Of a stretch of DNA of 64,000 nt, positions 41,175 to 55,486 are shown in pieces; within the stretch, counting starts at the first letter, position 1, and every line of letters begins with the position of its first letter. This DNA comes from Octopus vulgaris (lineage: Eukaryota). A model generated the notes under the pieces. The model had not been told where the DNA came from, searched no databases, and saw only the letters and a list, made by a program, of their open reading frames with translations. Both the position numbers and the translations under genes were made by a program. The stretch lies in the NCBI GenBank assembly GCA_951406725.2, contig OX597822.1, positions 62,682,001 to 62,746,000 on the forward strand. Reading direction: 5' to 3'.

Positions 41175-41319
41175 TGTACATTTAAGCACATAAATCCAAA
41201 CCAGTATTAGGGATAAACTTCGAAGTTTATCCCAAATAGTGGTTTGCATTTTGGCTGTTCCTTCAAGCGTGTCAAGAATCGTATGATGGATACCTCTTAT
41301 GTGTTTAAATGTACACTGT
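41171..41319. mobile_element. 149-bp MITE-like element with 23-bp TIRs and an internal palindrome
   Basis: ACAGTGTACATTTAAGCACATAA / TTATGTGTTTAAATGTACACTGT; inner palindrome 41193-41250. Confidence 0.75.
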
Positions 41320-41494
41320 TTTTATATAAATAATATATAGTCTACTGACTAACTTTTCTATACGCTAGGCCACTGGTAGTAAAAATTTCAAAACTTTTTA
41401 TTACCCTGATATTAATTATATATATATATATATATGGTAGATAGATAGATATACATTCACACATATATTCATGTATATATGCATACATATATTC

Positions 41495-41555
<61 letters not shown>

Positions 41556-42793
41556 AATGTGTGTGTGTGTGTACACACAAGCATATATGTTTATATTGAT
41601 ATATAAATACGTGTGTGTGTGTGTGAGAAAGACCGAGACAGAGATTAGAGACCAATTAATGTTGGGTTATGTATCAGACACGATAAATAGTGCATAAAAC
41701 TGTGGGGGTCATGAAAGAGACAATGCACCCTTGTGTCAGAAAACGCTGAATGTTTATTTGTTGCCTGCAACATATTAAAAGGAATGAGAAGATATTGTGA
41801 GTCACAAGTTTCAGTCTCAACGAAAAACAAAACTGTACAGACGACGTTTAATTTAAATGGTTTAAATGGGAATCGAACTTGTAACATACTGTTTCCTGTC
41901 AGCTTGCCATCGCCAGTAATGAAATCTCTGTGTATTTGCTTGGCCTGAGGAAAAGTAACGGCCAAATCTCTCATAAATTACATGTTAGAATCTTTAAAAA
42001 ATGGAGGGAGACAGTAGATGTTAAATTCCTAGTTACATTATCAGGAACACTTTTAATATCGTCTGCATGTGCCCTGTTGACCGGGAGCTAAAGAACATCA
42101 TCATCGTCGTCATCGTCGTCAGTATTTCAGCTGATATTTTATTTGATTTTGTTTCTACAGTTGTCTTAATCTGACATTTGATTCAACAATTCAGGTTATT
42201 CCCCTTGACTTTTATGTTGTATGTCACCGGTAGGATATTGATTTCAGCATTAAATAGTGAGAGAGGAACAGGGAGAGCATGTATGATGCATGTGTTCGTG
42301 TGTGTGTGGTACATCTGTATATGTATACTTCTCCAATTTTCCATTCATGTAGAAGTTTGCTTGTAAGTTTGTGACAAGAACCAGTAGCAATATATTGCAG
42401 ACCAACGCTCTTGATTTGACTAAACAGCATTTTAATGAAGGAAGCAGAATACGAAGACAAACTCTGTACTATTTACACCTTGTGTTTTTTCTGGTTTTTC
42501 TCTAGCTCTCCTCATTTATCTCGCTTACTATCATACATCTGTACAATGATTTCACACACACACACACACACACATATGAGTATATATGTGCGCGTTTACG
42601 TGTGTGTGTGTGTGTGTGTGTGTGTGCATGCGCGTGCGTAAATGCGTGAAAGCGCGTGGCCTTCTGAGCAGTTTCGATCCCAAGACACAGCGATGCGCTG
42701 TATTCTCGGGTAAAGCGCCTCGCTTCATTTTGCTCCACTATGGCTCGCATTCAAGGGAATGGAATAATCATTGAGTTTTATATATATATACAT

Positions 42794-42853
<60 letters not shown>

Positions 42854-42904
42854 CGGCCCGGTTTGTCTCTATATACGGTGAGTGACTTGTAGTCACTCTC
42901 AGCA

Positions 42905-43265
42905 GGCGCAGGAGTGGCTGTATAGTAAGTAGTTTGCTTACCAACCACATGGTTCCGGGTTCAGTCCCACTGCGTGACACCTTGGGCAAGTCTCAACTAT
43001 AGGCCGACCAAAGCCATGTGAGTGGATATGGTAGACGTGTGTGTGTATATATATATATGTGTGTGTATGTTTGTGTGTCTGTGTTTGTCCCCGCAACATC
43101 GTGTGACAACCGATGCTGGTGTGTTTACGTCCCCGTCACTTAGCGGTTCGGCAAAAAGATTCCGATAGAATAAGTACTAGGCTTACAAAGAATAAGTCCT
43201 GGGGTCGATTTGCTCGACTAAAGGCGGTGCTCCAGCATGGCCGCAGTCAAATCACTGAAACAACA
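42905..43265 (+). mobile_element. SINE family B, full length
   Basis: GGCGCAGGAGTGGCTG head to GGCGGTGCTCCAGCATGGCC...GAAACAA tail. Confidence 0.92.
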
Positions 43266-43273
43266 CAATAATG

Positions 43274-43321
<48 letters not shown>

Positions 43322-43402
43322 GTCGTTTGTAGAAAAACATAAATCCAGAGAAGAAGCACACTATAAGATGTAGAGTAGTTAAAATTATAATGGGAGAGGC
43401 CG

Positions 43403-43962
43403 GTTTATGGGGTTACCCTGTTACCCTGGGTTTTTCGTCCATAAGAGGTTTGGCCTTGTGGCCTATCATTAGACTCCAAACCTGTTGGCCCAAGATCTCT
43501 TCAAAATATGGAGGGGAAAATGCCTCGCTAGAAAGGTAAACAATAGGTAATTATCTCCTTTTGCCTTGGTTATCGAGTTCCGGCCGCGCCGCTGTCTTGC
43601 TGTTGCCAAAAATCATGAAGGTAAATAATTGTCTCTCTTCGGTCTTAGCTATCGTTTTCCGGCTGTACCGTCACCTTGCAAATTCCAAAATGCTAGTAGG
43701 AATCTTCTAAAATGCAAACATAGTCCAAAAATCTCCGCCCTGGGGTTAAGGATGTTCCCTGGTACGTGCGAGTGTTTTAGGATTCTCGCACGTCCAGCAA
43801 TACATAACATGCAACGTTTCGTCCCCTTGATGTAGGGGCTCCTAGCGAGGCATTTCCCCCTCCATATTTTGAAGAGGTCTTAGGTCAACAAGTTTTAGGT
43901 CTGACGATGCACCGTAAGGCCAAACCCTTTATGGACGAGAAACCCAGGATAACTCCATAAAC
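43403..43962. mobile_element. About 560-bp MITE with long (about 120-130 bp) imperfect TIRs
   Basis: 43403-43531 is the inverse of 43842-43962 (e.g. CTCTTCAAAATATGGAGGGGAAAATGCCTCGCTAG). Confidence 0.8.
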
Positions 43963-44100
43963 TATCTATAGATAAATAGATAAAGGATGCGTGGCGTTCG
44001 ATCGTATAATAATATAAATTATATGCATATATTTATATATTATTTATATTATATATAATATAAATATATATATAATATATATAATATATAAATATATGCC

Positions 44101-44150
<50 letters not shown>

Positions 44151-44469
44151 TGTGTGTGCGCGTGTGTGCGTGTGTGTGTGTGTGTGTGTATACACACTTG
44201 TATGTACGTATGTGTGTGGAGATAGACAGAATGAGACTGACAGATTTGTAAGTGTACATATATATCATCATAGGCTGCACCTAACAGTGATAACTATCTA
44301 AATGCATAATCTCGTGTGATAGTATCAAAACTGGATTACGCTCTACCGTGGCTTTCTATCCAAAGTTGCCATGATCCGGTTGTGTAATTACTAGCTTATA
44401 TCTCAGTTCAGATCTATTCTGATTTGTCTTACATCATGTCGGCTACGAACAGAGTAGTCGAGTTTCCTC

Positions 44470-45420
44470 GAACAAATTAATAGAATATCCTTCAGTTTTT
44501 TAGACATGCTCAAGATGGCGGACGTTTCACTGTACTAATATCTTTTTCAAGCTAAAGACATTAGCTTTATTTAGGATTATGATGTTCTTGATCTTGTCTT
44601 TCTAGATGATGTTCATGATCAGTGTCGGGTTTCTCATCAGGAATACGAGTATTTTTCTGTTCCATCCACGCCTCCGTTCCATACGGTAGAGCAGATAATA
44701 CCGTTGTTCAGTATGAACTGCACTTATTTGGCCTACATAATTCTTGTTCCACAATCACTCTTTCAAATATCCTAATCTTTAACTGGCCTTACCTTTTAAT
44801 CAAGTTCTTCACTGAGACTACCTTCACTACCGATTATGCCTCTTCAATAGGCAAAGTGGCTAGCCTCTACTAACTTCATTAGACAGAGCCACTTGGTTCA
44901 TTCCCAGAGCTAAGCTGATGGAGAAAAGGTCTTCTTTATCTTAATATTCAATTTGAGCCGAGTTGTCTCTCTGCCAAAAGCATCAACTAAATTTCGCACT
45001 ACAGAATTCAAGAATACATTCGTCAGCAAAAGCATTTCTTGCATGTATGTGTGTATATGGTTTCGGATAAGCGACAGAATGCCTACTCGAACTTTGCTGT
45101 CAAATAATGTTGGTGATAAGAAGCTGCCTTGCTTGACTTCCGCCTTCACTCTAACATCAAACTCTTCAGATCGAGTTATACGAATGAAACCTTTCGGAAA
45201 TGCAACACTTATTCAATGGTTTACTGTAGAGAAAGGACTCATGAAGTCAACAAAGACCATATATAGTCATTGTTTTGTTCCACACATTTCCCTTGGATCT
45301 GGCTGACACAGGACTCTATATCTACAGTGTTTCTTCTGAAACCCCGTTGTGTTCTTAGTAAAAATACTGCCATTTTCTCACTCAGTTTGCTAATCAGCAA
45401 TTTCGTAGCATTTAATGCAA
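44470..45420 (-). mobile_element. Decayed RTE-type LINE RT region
   Basis: FVDFMSPFSTV, EVKQGSFLSPTLF, LKLNIKIKK motifs across broken frames. Confidence 0.65.
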
Positions 45421-47059
45421 TCCGAGTTACCTCTCTTTAATGTCATGGCTGACTTTGCCTTACGCGGTTTATAAATTAAATATCAGATCAATTAGTGATG
45501 GATAGAATAGACAAAAACACTCTGAAAACGTGCAAACATGTTACCAGCAGAATTATATTGAATGGTGGTAAATATTTATCAGTCAAATACTTTATGTCGT
45601 CTCTAGCAATCTGCTGCGAATTCTGATGCTGATGAGCAATAAATCGTGGCTCCATTTAAGATGTACGTCAATCTGGTTATAGGAGAAGGTCACCTAACTA
45701 AGATTGGAAAATGTCTCTCTATTCAAACTTGTAAGCAAAAATAAAAATCAAATCTAACTCGTCTCAAGCTTCAACAATAAAGTCCGAGTAAATATCTAAA
45801 TAGCTGTAATTTCTATTGAAATGGAATAGACAGAAACAATAAACGGATAATAAAATAGTATTATACGATAAAATGTTTCACAAATCTATTTATCTCACAT
45901 TGCTTATAAGCTGACACTTTACAATTATATTTTCATTTAAACGTAAATCTTCCAGTCAAAGACACCTCCACGCTACTCTACTATAGTATTGATACAACTG
46001 ACGCAGAGGGGAGTGGGATCTACAGTCAGTCGCACAATGTGCTAAATTAAGAGCCACATCTCTCTCAAATCATATCCTAATGTCTTTAAATAAAAAGTAG
46101 AGTAGGGGAAAGGTATAATCAGAATAATGTGGCCCAAGGTAATTGAAGAATAAGAAAAATATTGGCGGACGATCGACAGCTTCAACACATTTGGTGGGCG
46201 GGTGACAGCTGTTATATTCATTGTGAAATTTGACTGAAGAACTGTTGAGACGATGACGTCTTTACTGCTTGCATTCATATGTCTACTCGATCAGAACTGA
46301 CTTGCGATAAAATATGAGACTACGATACTTGTCATTTATATGATTTGTTTTTGATTGCTTGAAGATAAGCCAGATTGGGTAGGCTTACGATTAAATGTAC
46401 ACCTGTCGTGATCACCAAGTTCATTTTTCCTTTTATAATTATTTTCTGTATGATTGCATTTTCATTTTTATACAGTAGTGTGTGATTTGGCAAGCATTTG
46501 GTGTCGATTTCTTGCAGATGGAACGTTCACAAAATGTATCTCCGTTGGCTGGTGCAGTTTCTTTGGTTTGTGATTGTAACATTGTTTGGCGAGCTGGCAG
46601 AGTTGTTACCACGCCGGGCAAAATACGTAGCAACACTTCTGTCTTTTAGCTCCGAGTTCGAAGTCAAAAGTTAACTTTGCCTTTCATTTATCGGAGATCG
46701 ATGTAATGTATTATCTCCCTACCGCAAAATTTCAGTCTTTGTACCTATAGAACAAAATATTGTCGATGTTGTGGTTTAGGCTAAAGTTCTTTGATTAAGT
46801 TAGCCTATGATGAAAATCGGTCCAGCCATGACCATCCTGTTTTTATAGACATACACCAGTAAGTTATACAAATGATTTTTATATACTATTTTTTTTTTAA
46901 TTAAGAGAAATTTATCTGCTATATCTAGCAGAGCGAGTGATCAAGCAGAGGCTTTCTCATCGCTAAGTAAATCTGGATTGACTCTGCGTATAAGCAAAAG
47001 CATTCAATCCATGACAACCAAGACAAAGTCTTCGAATATTGCGTCGTCTTTCATAACTG

Positions 47060-47368
47060 TTGGCTGTTGTCGATGGTGGTGTAGTTTGTCGTGGTGAGGG
47101 TGACGTTGTTGTTGTTATTGATGATGGTGGTGGTGGTGGTGGTGGTGGTGGTGGTACTGCTGCTGCTGAAAGTTTTGAGGATGGTGATGATGAATATATA
47201 CAGTTGGTTGTTATGGTTGTGGTAGAATTGGAGGTGACGGCAGTGTTAATGGTGTAACGGCTGCTGTTGGTAATGGTGGTGGTGGTGGTTTTGATAATGA
47301 CGACGACGATGATAATGGTGATGGTAGTGATTATGGCTGTAATGGTACTGATGGTGTTACTGCTGTTG
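47060..47368. repeat. Cryptic GGT/GAT/GTT trinucleotide low-complexity tract
   Basis: Directly visible. Confidence 0.85.
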
Positions 47369-47888
47369 TCTTCTTCTTCTTCTTCTTCTTCTTCTTCTTC
47401 TTCTTCTTCCAATCAGGAGTCACGCCATTAGCCACAAAGAATAATCTCTAATTTGAGCCAACTCTAAGCTATTAAGAATGCGTGTGGCAACTTGAAGATC
47501 CACCCACCACACGCGATAGACTGGTGGTTGCACGGGCGCGAAAGCTACATTGTTACCCTCATTCCGTAAACGGTGGCTTTTAACGGGTGGAGAGCTGAAC
47601 CATCCTGGGGTACAGAGGTTTTGCAACCTAGACTAGGGTCTGAAAGTTTTACCACACCATAGTGGGTTACACCATGGTTCCTCTGCTTTGTGGCAGAAGT
47701 AGGAAGAAAGAGTAAGAGAAAGTTGTGGTGAAAGAGTACAGCGGGGTTCACTACCCCTCCTCACCGGAGTCTCGTGGAGCTTAGGTGTTTTTGCTCAATA
47801 AACACTCACAATGCCCGATCTGGGAATCGAAACCGCGTTCTTAGACCGCGAGTCCGCTGCTATAACCACTGGGCCATTGCGCTTCCAC
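47369..47888 (-). mobile_element. SINE family A with a fourth, long tail ending in (GAA)n
   Basis: Head at 47888->47710, about 300-bp unique tail, (TCT)n at 47369-47409. Confidence 0.8.
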
Positions 47889-47889
47889 A

Positions 47890-48112
47890 CTACTGTTGTT
47901 GCCGCCGGTGGTGGCAATTATGATATTGAGAATGATGATGATCATCGTCATCATCATCATCATGGTTGCAGTAGAGGTAAAGATGCTGGAAGTAATACTA
48001 TCTCTGATGAGAATTCTAGTGAACTTTGTTGTGGTAAGTGTGAGTGTACGCGTGTTTGATTCTGTAAGTGTGAACGTCTTTATTCATGTTTGTGTGTGCT
48101 TATGCATTTGTG

Positions 48113-48150
<38 letters not shown>

Positions 48151-48740
48151 GTGATGATGCTCGTCGTAGAAGTGGAGGCGATGTTAGAGTTACAGACCCT
48201 GGTGATGTACATGTCTACATTGTTATATATTTAGAATTGAATTCTTCAAGATATTCGTTACAATATTGAATCATTTGGGAATGCACGGAATCAAATCACA
48301 ACACATCATCGATTGATCGTGTTGAGGCAGTTTCATTGTCTTCAATGCTGGTAGCATCAGTAGTAATGGTGGTGGTAGTGGTGGTGAGAAGCGTTGTCGT
48401 GGCGGTTGTAGTAATGATACTGATGTGGATTGTGCTGTTGATAGTGCCGAACATGATGATGTTGAAGGTAGTTGTATTGGAGGTGGTGATGGTGTGGGTG
48501 AGCTTGGATGGTGATTGCAGTGATAATATTGATGGTTATTGGATATGATGGTCATGGTGATGTTGGGAATGGCGGTGAGGGTAGTGATGATTACAAGGAT
48601 GGTTAAGATAGTAATCCTACTAGTGGTAGTCGTGGTGGGTCTAGTAAGGATGGCGGTGATAATTATGGGAGTGCTGGTAGCGGTGTAGAGGTGGCAATTG
48701 TGGTTGTTGTGATTGTGGTGGTGGTGGTATTGGTGGTATT
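47890..48740. repeat. Cryptic GAT/GGT/GTA trinucleotide low-complexity region
   Basis: Visible; stop codons scattered. Confidence 0.8.
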
Positions 48741-48744
48741 CAGT

Positions 48745-48895
48745 CGTTAGAACATCAGAAAAATTACTTTATATTAGTTCCTGTTCTTTAAGTTCTGAGC
48801 TCAACTCCAGTCGTGGTCTACCTTAACTTCCATCCCTTCAAAATTGATGAAGAATAAAGTACCAGTTAAATATAGAGGTCAATGCTATCGACTAA

Positions 48896-48926
<31 letters not shown>

Positions 48927-48934
48927 TCTCTCTC

Positions 48935-48979
<45 letters not shown>

Positions 48980-49365
48980 GTCCTCAAAATTATTGGCTCT
49001 CTGCAGAATCGTTAGCATGCCAGAGGAAAATGTTTACCGACATTTCGTCCGTCTTTACGTTCCGAATTCAAATTCCGCCGAGGTCGGCTTTACCTTTCAT
49101 TCTTTTAGGAGTCGATAAAATAAGTACTAGTTAAGTATTGGGGTCGATGTAATCTACTCACCTCCTCCCCTGAAACTAGTGGTCTTGTTTCAAGTTTTGA
49201 AAATATCCTTATTAATGCAGTGAGCTGGTAGAATCGTTACTGCGTCGGACAAATGCTTAGCGGCCTTTCTTCAATTTTATCAAGATTGGTTTTGCCGTTC
49301 AACCTTTTAGGATCGAGGTAATGGCCTAAACGCTTACCCAACAAAATTTCAGGCTTTATGGCTAT
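48745..49365 (+). mobile_element. Three diverged SINE family D units with a (CT)n tract
   Basis: GCAGAATCGTTAGC...CAAATTCCGCCGAGGTCG...GTCGATAAAATAAGTAC. Confidence 0.75.
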
Positions 49366-51064
49366 AGTAGAGAGGATCTATTGTAGTTGCTGTCGTTGTT
49401 GCCGTTTATAGTGTTGTTATTGTCGGTTTTGTCTTTACTTTTCTTTCGGTTGTTAGTTCTGAAAAATTTCACTGTATTTCCAGTACAGTCGGCACCTCTC
49501 TCGTATAAACGCATACATCTGTATACACATGTACTTACAAACAATTTCAGAAAGTTGTATGAAGACGTATGCCCATAAATACAGACATACACATTCCATC
49601 ACAAACACGCACAAAATGACACAAACACACACACACACACACATATATTAAGCAAATACTTGCACTGACATACACGGAGTGACGGTAATATGCTATAAAC
49701 ATAACCAGTTTTGCATAGAAGTCGAAGGATAGTGGTACTGAAAATTTAATGAGCAGTTTACAATATAACAACACTTATCTGAACTGTCCCAAACCCTACC
49801 ATACCAGCAGCAAGAAGAAATATGTTGTCTATATTTTTTTAATAAATGGCAAGCTCTTATTAAGGTGTACTACCAAACTCTGATGCTCTCATTGCACTAT
49901 ACTGTTTGGACAGTACAAGAAAAATTGTAGAATAATCAATACTATGTTGTACACTGATCAAACAAAATAACGATCATTTAGAAAAGATATCAGAAAGTTT
50001 GTAATTTTGAAGTATAAAAACTTTTTAAGATTAAACGTAAAGAAAGTATAAAGATATACCTTTAGGATATACTTTGAGCATTGAAATAGGTAGACGATCT
50101 TTAGTTTCTTTTTCTTGTATTTAAAACATGTAATAAGTATGTGATGCATTATCATCCATATGTTATTATTCATGTATGAATAGTTGCATTTGCTTAAGAG
50201 GGAATGAGGCATAACCATAGGTTTGCCCTTTTTGAAGTTACCTTAGTACTCAGATTCAAGAACTCGAAGTAAATGGCTTACTGAGACAGAATCATGCATA
50301 GCAATTAAATTAGAATTTACTCATAAGAGCATATTTCAATCGCTAGTAATTTTTCAATGGTTCCTTATTTGATAATTAGAATTTTTAGGAAAAATCCAAT
50401 CAGGAAATGATTTTGCTCATATCGCTTTATCAGAGAATTAAAGATAAAATCATTTGGTTTTTCTCGTGCTGATTGCCGTGTAAAAATTAGATGTTATGCT
50501 ATGAGATTATTACGAGTTTAATGCGTGAAATGATCTGATATCCACAAACGCGATCAATAATTCTAGATATTATTTTATCGTTTCTGATTTTTGCTTTTGT
50601 TTGATTTTTGTTTTCATCAAAGATAACTAAGTAGGTTTTCCTATCACTCTATAGTAATGGGTTTTTTTTCCGTTTGATAAAGGATGGCTAGTTTTTCAAG
50701 TCTTATAAATATTCTATCAGCTTAAACATTTCCAAATACCCAGTGTATTTAATCTGAGGTCTACTGTCTTATGAACAAAGCTTCAACCGGTGAACAATGT
50801 GAATATTAACTAGAGATGTTAATTTCCTTAAAGCATCTACGGAATTGCAATACGTGAACTCTTCGAATACTATCAAAATGTGAAAATTGCCTAATATTAT
50901 AATTGATTTTTATTCTCCGGTGTCACATGTTAATAGCTGCCAACGTTTTCTTGATTGTTCAAGTTGATCATATGCAACCTAACTGTAGCGTAGTTTTAAA
51001 CATTTGCACTTATTACACCCACTGACATGTTACACTCTCATATATTACATTTTGTCACATATTA

Positions 51065-51136
51065 CTTATTACTTATTTAAGCTCTTTGCTCTCTACGGAG
51101 CATGGGTTATCAACAACTTACTTCCACTGTTCTCGA
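51065..51136 (-). mobile_element. RTE-type LINE extreme 3' end
   Basis: REQWK*VVDNPCSVESKELK* plus TAAG-type tail. Confidence 0.5.
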
Positions 51137-51416
51137 GTGATTTTTTCCTCTCCCAAATCTTGTTTACTTTGAAATGTCATTGATACTTCTGTAACTACTT
51201 TTTTCTAAATAGGAGTTTTGACCTTACGAAAATCTATTTTTACTTGGGAAGTGGTGGTGCTTGTTAGTCTGGCATATATCATTTGAGCTGTCCAGTACGG
51301 GTAGCCCAACCAGGTCTACAAACACTGCTCTTTAGTTTTTAGATAGCTACGAGAAATTCAGTCAATAATGGAAAACGTTGGTATAGTTTAGACTCAAATA
51401 ATTTTGTAGTAATAAA

Positions 51417-51816
51417 CTCTTTACTCTTTTACTTGTTTCAGTCATTTGACTGTGGCCATGCTGGAGCACCGCCTTTTTAGTCGAGCAAGTCGACTCCAGG
51501 ACTTATTCTTTGTAAGCCTAGTACTTATTCTATCGGTCTCTTTTGCCGAACCGCTAAGTTACAGGGACGTAAACACACCAACATCGGTTGCCAAGCGATG
51601 TTGGGGGACAAACACAGACACACAAACATATACACACACACACATATATATATACATATATACGACTGGCTTCTTTCAGTTTCCGTCTACCAAATCTACT
51701 CACAAGGCTTTGGTCGGCTCGGGGCTATAGTAGAAGACACTTGCCCAAGGTGCCACGCAGTGGAACTGAACCCGGAACCATGTGGTTTGTAAGCAAGCTA
51801 CTTACCACACAGCCAC
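51417..51816 (-). mobile_element. SINE family B, near full length
   Basis: Reverse complement of the 42905 copy, with AAAAGAGT tail. Confidence 0.92.
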
Positions 51817-52769
51817 ATTCATTTTGTCAGTTATGCTCAAACGTAAAGCACTGGAATTTCCTGGGCACAGGAAGCCTAAGTATAGAGGCCACAGACTGTC
51901 AGAATCTAGCAGTGTTTTCCTTATCTAAAGATGTAACCTTGAATTTACAATTTTAATAGCTGACTGAGCTATTTAAATTTACAATTTAAATTGCTGACTG
52001 AAGTTTTAGAATGTTTTAAATCATCACCAGGGGTCATTTCTTTATATCATCAAAGTAATTAGCTCGCTCTTTAAAAGTCTTTAAGAAATCTTCCCAGTTT
52101 TCTGTTAAAAATTGGCACCTCATTTATAACACCAAACTGCAAGTGCATAAACAGTAACCATTTAATATTTAGCCCAGGAAACTTGCAAAATGTTGTTGAG
52201 TAAACAAGAGTGTTTGATCTGTTGAACGTAGGTCAACGGTAATTATTATTAATGGGTGAGAAAGGAAATGCATCTAGCTGTATTTATCTAATAGCACTTT
52301 TTTGCACTACAATGACTTTGAAGTATAATTATTCTCTCAGCCGACAATTTATTAATTTCATCTTTAATCAATTGGCGGTCCTCAAAGAAGAGATAAGCGA
52401 AACTATGTGGAGCAACGGATGGGTAATTTCTCTGCAAAAATCGCCAAACTTGACTCTGTGAAAACCGGAAATTTTAAAGTTTTGTCAAAAATAGTTAAAT
52501 TTCGAGTCGCCACATATAACAAACTCAGTTATAGGCGGTAGTTTAATTTCAATCTGAAGTAACTGAATTTGTGATCATACACGGATTCTCAAGATTCAAG
52601 AAACACTTACTCCACAGGCTGTAAAAACTTCATTTGCTAACACTCTTCTCTCACAGTTATGCATTTTCATCTACGTACGCTGTTTTCTAACCAGTGCATC
52701 GAAGAAATTGATGTGTGCACAAAAGATTAATTACCTAAAATAATATAGAAATCCATGATTATTTATTTC

Positions 52770-52945
52770 AAATTTTGACACAAGGCCAGCATCGACTCCA
52801 GTGTTCAATTGGTACCTATTTTATCGATCCCGAAAGAATGAAGGGCAAAGTCAACCTCGGCGGCATTTGAACTCAGAACTGAAAGTTGAAAGAAATGCCA
52901 CTAAGCATTTTTGCCGACTCAATAGCAACTGCCAGCTCGCTGCTT
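52770..52945 (-). mobile_element. SINE family D, diverged
   Basis: ATCGATCCCGAAAGAATGAAGGGCAAAGTCAACCTCGGCGG. Confidence 0.8.
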
Positions 52946-53583
52946 CATAGTAAAACATAATTATTATACAATTAGTGTCATGAGAAAAAACTATACGACA
53001 TAAGAATTTGTGTACACCAACAACTAAAACTTAGAGAGACTTTGCTGGTAACAGGTACCTACGTCAATGCCGGGCATTTTTACTCCTCTTAAATGTTTTC
53101 TTATCGCCAGGTTGCACCTACTGAGATAATTTGGTGTGTGATTTCATACCAAGCCTTTCCGCAATGTTTTCAGGAATCAAAACTAACACTGTGAATAATC
53201 TGTTACTAATCCAAAAATAATATAGTTTCTCTTAGGTTTATGATGGGATTGATACTATAGAAGCACTTTCGGTTTTTCAGATACCTTTACATCATTTTTC
53301 CTGTAAGCATATTATTTATCAGCAATAGCAAGACAATCAATCTAGAAGGTCAAATAAGGGTCCTTTTTTTATTCTCCTCAGAAATATGACCGAGCTTAAA
53401 TTGAACTCACTGAAATAGTGCCATAAGAAATATGGTTATTTGTTGTAAAATTATCCAAGGCACTATAGCAGATAAACTCTTTCACTTCAACTATAGAAAG
53501 AACAACCCATAAAAGATTTCCTAAACTTGATGAAACCAACTTTTATTTAAAAGCGACTTTCGCAAATAATATGGTAACGTTGT

Positions 53584-53724
53584 GGTCGACTTTGCCTTTC
53601 ATCCTTTCGGGGTCGATAAATTAAGTACCAGTTACACACTGGGATCGATGTAATCGACTTAATCCCTTTGTCTGTCCTTGTTTGTCTCCTCTATGTTTAG
53701 CCCCCTGCGGGTAGTAAAGAAATA
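53584..53724 (+). mobile_element. SINE family D, 5'-truncated
   Basis: Meta-like block plus tail 1. Confidence 0.85.
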
Positions 53725-54477
53725 TATATTTTTATGTAAGAAATGTAACAAAGTTATTCATAAGTTGTGCAGATTGTTCCTTTCAAGAACATAACCCTGT
53801 TCGTTCACTAAATATATATATATATCACCAGCAAAACTGGATGTCATAATATATTATTTCTTTTCAAGGTAGGTAATGTCACCTTAAACCTCATCTTTAT
53901 AATTTCAGGCCATTCTATTTCAGCGGTTGTTTTCTGCAGGCTTGATAAAAGTATACCATTTATCGTTCTCATTTGTCTTCATATATTTCTAATCTTTTGT
54001 TTGAATCAAATATTGTACCGCTGTCATAGTGAAGCAGATCCTTGTAGGTTTAATCAAACAAATGACTCTGGCATATATTTTAGGTCTGATAGTTATAGTA
54101 TCGGATACTTTCTGCTGGAATGCTCGATTATAGTGACGCAAAGAAATCAACGACGATTCTCAAGCAATCTGAGACACGCACACACACACACATATACTCA
54201 CACGTATGTAAACATACGACTTCTCACAGTTCCCTCTACCACGTTTACTTTCAAGGTATTGGAAAGTCTTAAGCTATAGTAGTACTTCCCCAAGATGACG
54301 TGTGGTGGCACTGAACATGAAACCAAAATCACGTGGTTCCAAATGGAACTTCTTAACCACATAGCCCTACATGTGCATCTGATATTTCTTCCAAATTGCA
54401 TAATAATCTACCAACGATCTCTACAAAACTATTCTTTTAACATTTATATAAGTTGATTATTAATGATTACATTGTTA

Positions 54478-55088
54478 CCGTAAATCCTCGAGTATAGTCC
54501 GGCCTTGATTATAATACGCAGAGGATTTTTAGGGGGCTGTACCTCTGAAATACCTACACCTTGTGTATAATACGCACCCCTTCTCTAACTTGTGTCAAAG
54601 AGATATATATTATGTCCTTGGTTTGTAAAACTGTATACGGCAACGTTCTTTATTATTATTGTATATATATAGCATAATGCAAACGTGTAGCTATTTTGTG
54701 CATTTTGTTTGCAGAAAATAAAGAAATAACAGTAATAACGTTTAATAAATGTAGCTTACTGCAAGTTATGGATGATTCTTTTATGACTTCATTGCTTTCA
54801 GGCTTAGCTTAAGGTATTTTCGCGCCCGACATCACAAAATGCATCTGAATAAACATTGCCGGACAGCAAATAGAAACTCGGACATTGCTTAGAAAATAAT
54901 TTTTACTTTTAACCTTGTATATAGTACGCACTAGGGATTTTGACCTTTAAATTTTGGGGGGGAAATGCGGAGACTCGGACATTGCTTAGAATATAATTTT
55001 TATTTTTAACCTCGTATATAGTATGCACTCGAGATTTTGACCGTTAAATTTTGGGAAAAAAATGCGGATTATACTCGAGGATTTACGG
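54478..55088. mobile_element. 611-bp non-autonomous Tc1/mariner-superfamily (Tc2/pogo-like) MITE with TA TSD
   Basis: TA|CCGTAAATCCTCGAGTATA ... TATACTCGAGGATTTACGG|TA; internal tandem duplication about 54875-54970 / 54972-55067. Confidence 0.9.
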
Positions 55089-55443
55089 TAATCCTAGTAG
55101 CTTCTGTGTAAAAACTACCGTAGTCAGAAAATTGAAAGCGCCAATAACTAATCAATTACGTATTTCACATTCCAGAAGTTGTCGACAAATGACGTTGTTT
55201 TGACTATGCTGCGATAAAGTGCGAGCTGGAGTAATGAAGGTCGCGAAGCATGGGTCACCGAGCTCTCGCATAATTACACGTGACTTCACATTACTCTACC
55301 ATGAACAACAAACATAACAATGTAACAATATAAGATAATTGTAGAATATTGAATACAACGTAATGCTACATCGAAATATAAACATAACACACTGTGAGTG
55401 GGATGTGATTCTATGTATTAATGTGCGTATACATGTAGGTATG

Positions 55444-55486
<43 letters not shown>

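Noticed and set aside
46963-48740. Poly-E/T/P/H/M ORFs suggesting a low-complexity protein
   Set aside because: Trinucleotide microsatellites and a SINE (GAA)n tail; no splice or domain support
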